From a virus, in IMG/VR virus record IMGVR_UViG_3300033149_006567, positions 33,843 to 97,842 of that record: a stretch of DNA of 64,000 bases. The stretch is one strand, 5' to 3'. This document shows positions 58,902 to 64,000 of the stretch, piece after piece. The notes beneath the pieces were generated by a model, which saw only the letters and a program-made list of their open reading frames with translations, was not told the origin of the DNA and did not search any database. A program made the position numbers and the translations under genes. The first letter of the stretch is position 1, and each line of letters starts with the position of its first letter.

Positions 58902-59449
58902 AGGTTTATCCTCTTTTTTATTCTGTCCATTTCCTCAATGTAGATGCCTTCACAAGAAACTAAATCGATGTCTACATTAGAGGCGACAGAGGTTTCTGCG
59001 ATTATCTCTGCTGCTGGGCTTTTCGATAGATTAGAAAAGTTAAGCAGAGGATAATCATTATTAAGAACGAAGAGTATCCGTTTTCCTTCGGCAGCGCTAG
59101 TGTTAAGCAGCTTCATTAACATCCTGTATATCTCGTCCAGATAAGGGTCATGTTTGCTTCGAAAAGTTCGAATGTTTATCGGCCAGCCCTCGGGAGGGGG
59201 CAAGGTGTTCGCAAAGGAGACGCTGTGGCCTGCGATATCTCTACTTTCCAGTCCTCTGGCGACTAAATAAACAGTAAAGTCGTGTCCAGTCACTAGGTCT
59301 ATTGGATTTCCAAGAACGTCTCGACAGGGATAAAAGTCCCTGAAGCCAGCCAGGAGCTTGGCCATAGACCCAGTTATTCTGTCTTTCATGTGCCTAAGAT
59401 AGTATTCGGCGCACCAGATACAACTGAAGCGAAAGTCTGAATTAATCAT
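58895..59449 (-). CDS. Hypothetical protein
   Basis: AGGAG RBS before MINSDF. Confidence 0.5.
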   Translation of the reverse strand: MINSDFRFSCIWCAEYYLRHMKDRITGSMAKLLAGFRDFYPCRDVLGNPIDLVTGHDFTVYLVARGLESRDIAGHSVSFANTLPPPEGWPINIRTFRSKHDPYLDEIYRMLMKLLNTSAAEGKRILFVLNNDYPLLNFSNLSKSPAAEIIAETSVASNVDIDLVSCEGIYIEEMDRIKKRINLC

Positions 59450-59467
59450 TGGGCACTCCTGTAGACA

Positions 59468-59513
59468 AAAAGGCCCCCCGAGCAGGGCAAAGGGGGAAAG
59501 GCACTCGGGGGGC
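59468..59513 (-). terminator. Intrinsic terminator after the Whirly-like gene
   Basis: gccccccgag/ctcggggggc 10-bp stem followed by cttttt on the minus strand. Confidence 0.6.
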
Positions 59514-59550
59514 GAAGGCATCGTAGCTAACGATGCAACTCGATTTTAAA

Positions 59551-60072
59551 TTAGGACCAGCAGAGGATTTTGGGTATAGCAGCCTCGAAGATAATCTTAA
59601 GGACTCGAATTTCCTCTTTTGATATCGGGAGACTGTGTTCAATTTTATCATCCCCTATCTTTTTAAAAATCTTCAAGAAGTAGCTGCCGTCTCTTCCCAC
59701 TGAAAAAGTGAGTTTCTTATCGATTACTTGGGCGCCCGGCTTGCCCTTATTGGGATCATGGTAGATGCCTATCTTCTCTCCTCTAGAAAAAGCATTCAGT
59801 ATTTTGGAGATATCTGTGATATTCAGGGCCAATTTAATGCTGTTCTCCCAGTCGTATCGATTTCTGGCGACTGCGCTAGTAACTTCTACCAGAATGGCAC
59901 CTGTTATCACTCTCATTTCTCCATCGCAATGCTTATTTCGGGTATGATTCGGAGAAATAAAGTTTTCTTCTCGACACTTAGGGCATTTGAATTTGGTTTG
60001 TATTAACTTAAATTGAGCAGCCCCATACTTACCGGAAATTCCCTTGTAAATTGCAAAGTCTTGAGGTCTCAT
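59551..60072 (-). CDS. Whirly-like single-stranded nucleic acid-binding protein (173 aa)
   Basis: IYKG...AA, RYDW, YHDPNKG, PISKEE, IPKILCW in the order of plant Whirly motifs; GGGAGG RBS. Confidence 0.8.
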   Translation of the reverse strand: MRPQDFAIYKGISGKYGAAQFKLIQTKFKCPKCREENFISPNHTRNKHCDGEMRVITGAILVEVTSAVARNRYDWENSIKLALNITDISKILNAFSRGEKIGIYHDPNKGKPGAQVIDKKLTFSVGRDGSYFLKIFKKIGDDKIEHSLPISKEEIRVLKIIFEAAIPKILCWS

Positions 60073-60109
60073 GGTTTTTACCTCCCTATCGGGACCATTA
60101 CTTGCCTCA

Positions 60110-60138
60110 AGTATATCATCTTTTTCAGGAAAATGCAA
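60110..60138 (-). promoter_or_regulatory. Sigma70-like promoter for the Whirly-like gene
   Basis: Minus strand TTGCAT-N17-TATACT with TG extension. Confidence 0.6.
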
Positions 60139-60214
60139 TACTTTCAGTCCCTCTAGCCTTAAATTGCGCCTCCCATTACAGTAGAGGGGGTTAACTTGAT
60201 TCTCCCCGCGAAAA

Positions 60215-60511
60215 CTAATCTTGACCCTTGCCCCCGCTGTTGTTTTGGCCGCCACCGCTGCCAGAATTAGGTCTCTGTGGCTTGGGTGATTCAGGCCTAG
60301 TACTAGACGGAGGAGCTGAATTAACTCCTCCTTTCCTTATTTTACCCTCACTAAGTGGATCGTTTCTTTCTTTTCCATCTTCCATCAACCTGACCTCTTC
60401 TGGGTCCCCTCGGCCATCAGCAATGAGGTTTCGGGCCACATAAATGGCTCCTGGTTTACTCGCCGCCTTTACTTTTAGACGAAAGACTACTTCGTATTCC
60501 ACTTTTTCCAT
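60215..60511 (-). CDS. Hypothetical protein with a low-complexity tail
   Basis: GAGGAG RBS; 98 aa. Confidence 0.5.
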   Translation of the reverse strand: MEKVEYEVVFRLKVKAASKPGAIYVARNLIADGRGDPEEVRLMEDGKERNDPLSEGKIRKGGVNSAPPSSTRPESPKPQRPNSGSGGGQNNSGGKGQD

Positions 60512-60812
60512 CTGTTTTCTCCTCTGAAACTTCTTTAAGGTCCTCAGGCCACTTTTGATTCATCAGCAATCCCTGGGCCATCATAGCAAAACCGATACGC
60601 CCTGGCTTGGCATAGTACTCTTTCATGACTTCGGACGCTGGCGGGGTTTTATCCTTATACCCCTCTATAGAGGCCCCTACGGCATAGATTAAATTACTCA
60701 AGACCAATATTAAATCTTCTACAGTGAGAGGGTTATCATGTAGTGCGTTGATTAGCTTGGCCAGGACTTGATCTCGATTTAGTCTCTTTTTTTTCTTCTT
60801 TTTCTTGCCCAT
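60456..60812 (-). CDS. Hypothetical protein
   Basis: GAGGA RBS; poly-Lys N-terminus. Confidence 0.5.
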   Translation of the reverse strand: MGKKKKKKKRLNRDQVLAKLINALHDNPLTVEDLILVLSNLIYAVGASIEGYKDKTPPASEVMKEYYAKPGRIGFAMMAQGLLMNQKWPEDLKEVSEEKTDGKSGIRSSLSSKSKGGE

Positions 60813-60880
60813 TTAATCCTCGCCAGGTACCGTTTGACAATCTTTTGCTGTAATTGTGATAAGTTTTTGCTTATTTATCT

Positions 60881-61027
60881 TCATTTTCTTCCTCGGCCCT
60901 TACCTCGGCCTCCACCTGTCCCTTTGCCTGGGCCACTATTCGAGCAGGGACCCTTATTTTTGTTGCGACGTCTACCGCCTGGCTTTCCCTTTCCTCTGCC
61001 ACTACCATCTTTCTTACCATAAGCCAT
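60881..61027 (-). CDS. Gly/Arg/Lys-rich 48-aa peptide (absent from the ORF track)
   Basis: AAGGAG RBS; MAYGKKDGSGRGKGKPGGRRRNKNKGPCSNSGPGKGTGGGRGKGRGRK. Confidence 0.6.
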   Translation of the reverse strand: MAYGKKDGSGRGKGKPGGRRRNKNKGPCSNSGPGKGTGGGRGKGRGRK

Positions 61028-61029
61028 TC

Positions 61030-61521
61030 TCATTCTCCTTCTCCGTTAGAAAAACCGTTAATTTTCTCGAACAAATCTGGATAATCCGTCTTGAATGGTG
61101 CCCATCTGAGGGCGTTTTCGGCCAACTTGATAGACGTATCTATCAAGTTGTCCCGATTGTCCCTTAGAACATTCATTATTTTTTCTAGTGTATCTCTGTA
61201 AAATTTAAGGTATCGTTTGAACTCTTCTTTGTTTATCGGGCGCCTGGGGGCCTCCTGAATACCGGCCGAATTCATTGCTTCTTGGGGAGTAGAAAATATC
61301 CTTGGTGAACAGTCTTCTTTTGTGTACCAAGCCCAAGCATGAAGTTGATCTCCCCATTTTCCATAGTAATAAACTACATACTTTCTACTGTCGACAAGGT
61401 CTTCGCAGTGAAAGTCTCCGCTTTGATGATTTAACTTCCAGATTCGTCCGTATATGTCTTCACAGGCAATCTCTCCCATTTTCCTTTTTATGGGAACCCT
61501 TTTTAGGCCAAATTCGCTCAT
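61030..61521 (-). CDS. Hypothetical protein
   Basis: AGGAG RBS; 163 aa. Confidence 0.5.
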   Translation of the reverse strand: MSEFGLKRVPIKRKMGEIACEDIYGRIWKLNHQSGDFHCEDLVDSRKYVVYYYGKWGDQLHAWAWYTKEDCSPRIFSTPQEAMNSAGIQEAPRRPINKEEFKRYLKFYRDTLEKIMNVLRDNRDNLIDTSIKLAENALRWAPFKTDYPDLFEKINGFSNGEGE

Positions 61522-61675
61522 GATTAACTCCTACTAAATGTTCTCTGACCAACTAACGCTAGGGTACTCGTCTCCTTCCGATCGTTTCTTACAGAACATC
61601 CTCGTTGCCCTGACGGGTCTTCATGGGGTACGCGTCAGCGATAAAGGCTTCCGCTCCTAAGCAAGCAGTATCCTT

Positions 61676-62302
61676 TTATATGTCCACTCGGGAATCATAG
61701 AAGGGCTTACAAACATCCCACCAGTAATCTGAGACCGGCAAGATGTGAATCCTGCTTTCTCTGTTTATCTCAGAACCAAGTCTGTCTATCTTTTCAAGAT
61801 ATTTTTTGACAGACTGGATTACATGCGTATAGTGCTGCACCGGGCTTCTTCCCCGAGCAAGCTCCCTCCGAACCTTAGTTTCCCCCCTATTGTAGGCTGT
61901 TATTGCTAAGGTTTCATCGTAGTCAAACATTTCTAGGTAATTGGCAAAAATACTTGTGCCACAATCGATATTCTGTTTTATATCCCTTAGGTAAAAGCCC
62001 CTGCACAGGCCCCTAGAGGTCCAAAAAGGCATAACCTGCATAAGACCCGTGTCTCCTTGAGCTCCTTTTACCCACCACTTGAAACCGGATTCAATATACA
62101 TGATAGCTAAAACAGTATTAGGATCAAGCTCTTTTTCTCTACACTGTTCAGCTATTTCCTGAGCTATTCTTTTAGCAGTATTAGTGGAGGTTTTCTTGCG
62201 GAGGATCAATATCTTCATGAAGATTTTAGATTCATCTTCTATTTCTACTGGAGTACTTCCCAATAAGAAAATACCAAATAAAGCTAAAAGCAGAGTCCTC
62301 AC
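61676..62302 (-). CDS. Lytic transglycosylase (SLT domain) with N-terminal signal/anchor
   Basis: AIMYIESGF, GLMQV, NIDCG, AITAYNRG; probable GTG start at 62302. Confidence 0.85.
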   Translation of the reverse strand: MRTLLLALFGIFLLGSTPVEIEDESKIFMKILILRKKTSTNTAKRIAQEIAEQCREKELDPNTVLAIMYIESGFKWWVKGAQGDTGLMQVMPFWTSRGLCRGFYLRDIKQNIDCGTSIFANYLEMFDYDETLAITAYNRGETKVRRELARGRSPVQHYTHVIQSVKKYLEKIDRLGSEINRESRIHILPVSDYWWDVCKPFYDSRVDI

Positions 62303-62381
62303 TATCCATTTCCTTCGCCGGATAATAATATCACAAAGAAGACTAAAGCCGCAAGTAAAATAATTAACATCATGGGAATTC

Positions 62382-62407
62382 GGCCCCGAGGCAAAAGCCT
62401 CGGGGCC
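62382..62407. terminator. Perfect GC-rich hairpin (terminator or processing site)
   Basis: ggccccgaggc-aaaa-gcctcggggcc; no clear U-tract. Confidence 0.5.
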
Positions 62408-62426
62408 CCTAAATGAGAGTGACAGG

Positions 62427-62645
62427 TTAGGCTTCGACAGTGGCTTCAACAGGCTCGACCAGGCAATGTCCAGGAAGCTTGCGGATAGTGCCCTTGGAAA
62501 GGTTGGCAAGAGGTACGCAATCTGTGGCCAGATCTTTTACGCGGACCGAGGTTAAGCACATGTACAGCTGACCCTTGTAGAAACAGGCCTTACCAGGTGA
62601 CAGGTTAATGGCGGGAATCTTACTCCCAGTTGTGGAAATCTCCAT
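62427..62645 (-). CDS. Small hypothetical protein
   Basis: AAGGAGG RBS. Confidence 0.55.
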   Translation of the reverse strand: MEISTTGSKIPAINLSPGKACFYKGQLYMCLTSVRVKDLATDCVPLANLSKGTIRKLPGHCLVEPVEATVEA

Positions 62646-62659
62646 GGAATCCTCCTTGA

Positions 62660-62860
62660 TTAATGGCGGGTTAACTCCGCGAATATAGTTTCAAGTAACT
62701 CCTGTGCCCTCTGAGCCTCTCTGCTCGAGGTACAGGAGAACTTGCCAATGAATTTATTTTTGGCTGTGATATGTAAGGTTTCCCCCTTTCTTTTGATGCA
62801 TAGCGGTTTAGCTTCTATTTCATCTGCGTTTGCGGTTGTTTTTACCTTAAAGTCTTCCAT
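62660..62860 (-). CDS. Small hypothetical protein
   Basis: GGAGGT RBS. Confidence 0.55.
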   Translation of the reverse strand: MEDFKVKTTANADEIEAKPLCIKRKGETLHITAKNKFIGKFSCTSSREAQRAQELLETIFAELTRH

Positions 62861-62863
62861 TTT

Positions 62864-63184
62864 TTACCTCCCTATCGCTCGAAAATATTCAAGTAGATCT
62901 ATGATATTTTCTGCCGACAAATGACCTCTCAAACCGTTGTTTTTGCTTGGCATGAGCTCAAAGGAAGCTGCTTCTTCATATCCTTCGAGGTCCTCTAGGG
63001 CTTTTCGGGCCCTTCCAAGGGCAATTTTCCGGCCTATTTCTTTTACGAACATGTCTGTTTTGCTGCAGAGAGATATCCCAAAGTAAACTGTTTCTGACCG
63101 TTCGGGTCTAATGGTGCAAAGCGTGCTGATACGCCCCATATGCTTCTCGTCCCAGCCGTACCTGAATCTAATTTTTTCTTTCAT
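62864..63184 (-). CDS. Phage hypothetical protein
   Basis: AGGAG RBS before MKEKI; GISLCS..D.F...IGRKIALGRA is a motif common in phage proteins. Confidence 0.55.
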   Translation of the reverse strand: MKEKIRFRYGWDEKHMGRISTLCTIRPERSETVYFGISLCSKTDMFVKEIGRKIALGRARKALEDLEGYEEAASFELMPSKNNGLRGHLSAENIIDLLEYFRAIGR

Positions 63185-63262
63185 GAAACTATCTCCTACA
63201 AGTGCCGTTTTTCGAATCTTTTGTTTCATCAGTAAATTCATATTTGTCTAAGTTGAATAGTT

Positions 63263-63918
63263 TCAATTGCATATTTCACCTTCTGTGTACATACCGGTAA
63301 ACACACAAGCACCGCCATATATCCATGCATAACCAGATACTTGAGCGTTACCAAATACTTGAGCGTTACCATATACCCATGCATCACCATGTACATGAAC
63401 ATCATCATGTACCCGAGCATCACCAAATACTTGAGCATAACCATGTACCCATGCACTACCATATATATAAGCACCACCAGATACACGAGCATTATCGCAT
63501 ACGCGAGCATTACCGTATACGTGAGCATCACCAAATACTCGAGCATTACCAGACACATGAGCATTATCGCATACGCGAGCATTACCGTATACGTGAGCAT
63601 CACCAAATACTCGAGCATTACCAGACACATAAGCATTATCGCATACACGGGCATTACCATATACGTGAGCATCACCATATACTTGAGCATTACCAGACAC
63701 ATAAGCATTATCGCCACATAAGCATTATCGCCGATCCAACAGTCACCCTCCTGGCTCAGATTGGCTCCCGACTTAATGAAACCACCAAGATCACCTGCTT
63801 TGACGTCATACCTGGAGATGTCTCGCAAGGCACGGATACGGTGAAGTATATGGCCATGACGGTCAATCGTTTCATTAGTAAGTTCGTATTTGTCTAAGTC
63901 GAATAGTTTCAATTGCAT
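63263..63918 (-). pseudogene. Hexapeptide-repeat (left-handed beta-helix-type) phage protein with a 1-nt frameshift near 63715
   Basis: KYELTNET...RIRALR..VKAGDLGG...NLSQEGDCW head in one frame and (V-x-G-N/D-A-x)n in another; adding one base restores 218 aa. Confidence 0.8.
63487..63710. repeat. 72-bp tandem repeat (about 3 copies) built on an 18-bp unit
   Basis: gagcattatcgcatacgcgagcattaccgtatacgtgagcatcaccaaatactcgagcattaccagacacat recurs. Confidence 0.85.
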
Positions 63919-64000
63919 ATTTCACCTTCTGCGTACATACCGGTAAACACACAAGCACCGCCATGTACCCAAGCATAACCAGACACTTGAGCGCTACCAG
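63909..64000 (-). CDS. 3' end of an upstream paralogue of the hexapeptide-repeat gene (partial)
   Basis: 63869-64000 matches 63223-63354 (offset 646, about 11 mismatches in 132 nt). Confidence 0.75.
   Translation of the reverse strand, partial: GSAQVSGYAWVHGGACVFTGMYAEGEICN

Noticed and set aside
61522-61675. Structured ncRNA in the intergenic gap
   Set aside because: Only a short ctgacg/cgtcag stem is visible; insufficient without covariance evidence
63300-63730. CRISPR array
   Set aside because: The repeats are contiguous in-frame coding units without unique spacers
63325-63897. Plus-strand His-rich and other shadow ORFs
   Set aside because: Antisense read-through of the stop-poor hexapeptide repeat; most short antisense ORFs in the track were dismissed for similar reasons
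63223-64000. Diversity-generating retroelement TR/VR pair
   Set aside because: Mismatches between the 132-bp copies are not confined to adenines on one strand, the repeat spans a gene junction, and no reverse transcriptase is in the window; tandem duplication explains it
1-64000. Stop-codon reassignment, tRNA or rRNA genes
   Set aside because: Genes are full length in the standard code and end in all three stop codons; no cloverleaf or rRNA-like segment was recognised by eye

Overview
A 64-kb internal segment of a large tailed dsDNA bacteriophage genome. It is densely coding in the standard genetic code, with AGGAGG-type RBSs and sigma70-like promoters. An amidase and a lytic transglycosylase imply a peptidoglycan-walled bacterial host. 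Layout: (1) 0.1-16.3 kb (+), large acidic virion/tail-associated genes. (2) 16.3-32.6 kb (+), a long operon opening with a small protein and a volactin-like actin, then about 17 glycan genes: GT9, GT4-type (one intein-bearing), GT2 and CgeB-like transferases, four sulfotransferase-fold proteins, nucleotide-sugar oxidoreductases, a deacetylase, an acyltransferase and decayed remnants. (3) 32.7-39 kb, a Cas4-like nuclease, a mini-intein primase-helicase, a TauE permease, a DegT aminotransferase and a second acyltransferase. (4) 39-46 kb, a divergent promoter pair, membrane/lysis-type genes and nucleases. (5) 46-64 kb (-), DNA metabolism genes: UDG, PhoH, phosphoesterases, a DnaE split into two genes with no intein, RecA, an SSB-like protein, a Whirly-like protein, an SLT and tandem hexapeptide-repeat genes. 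The most striking items are the actin plus sulfated amino-sugar glycosylation operon, the phage homologue of plant Whirly, and the intein-free split DnaE. All family calls come from motifs recognised by eye; no searches were run.
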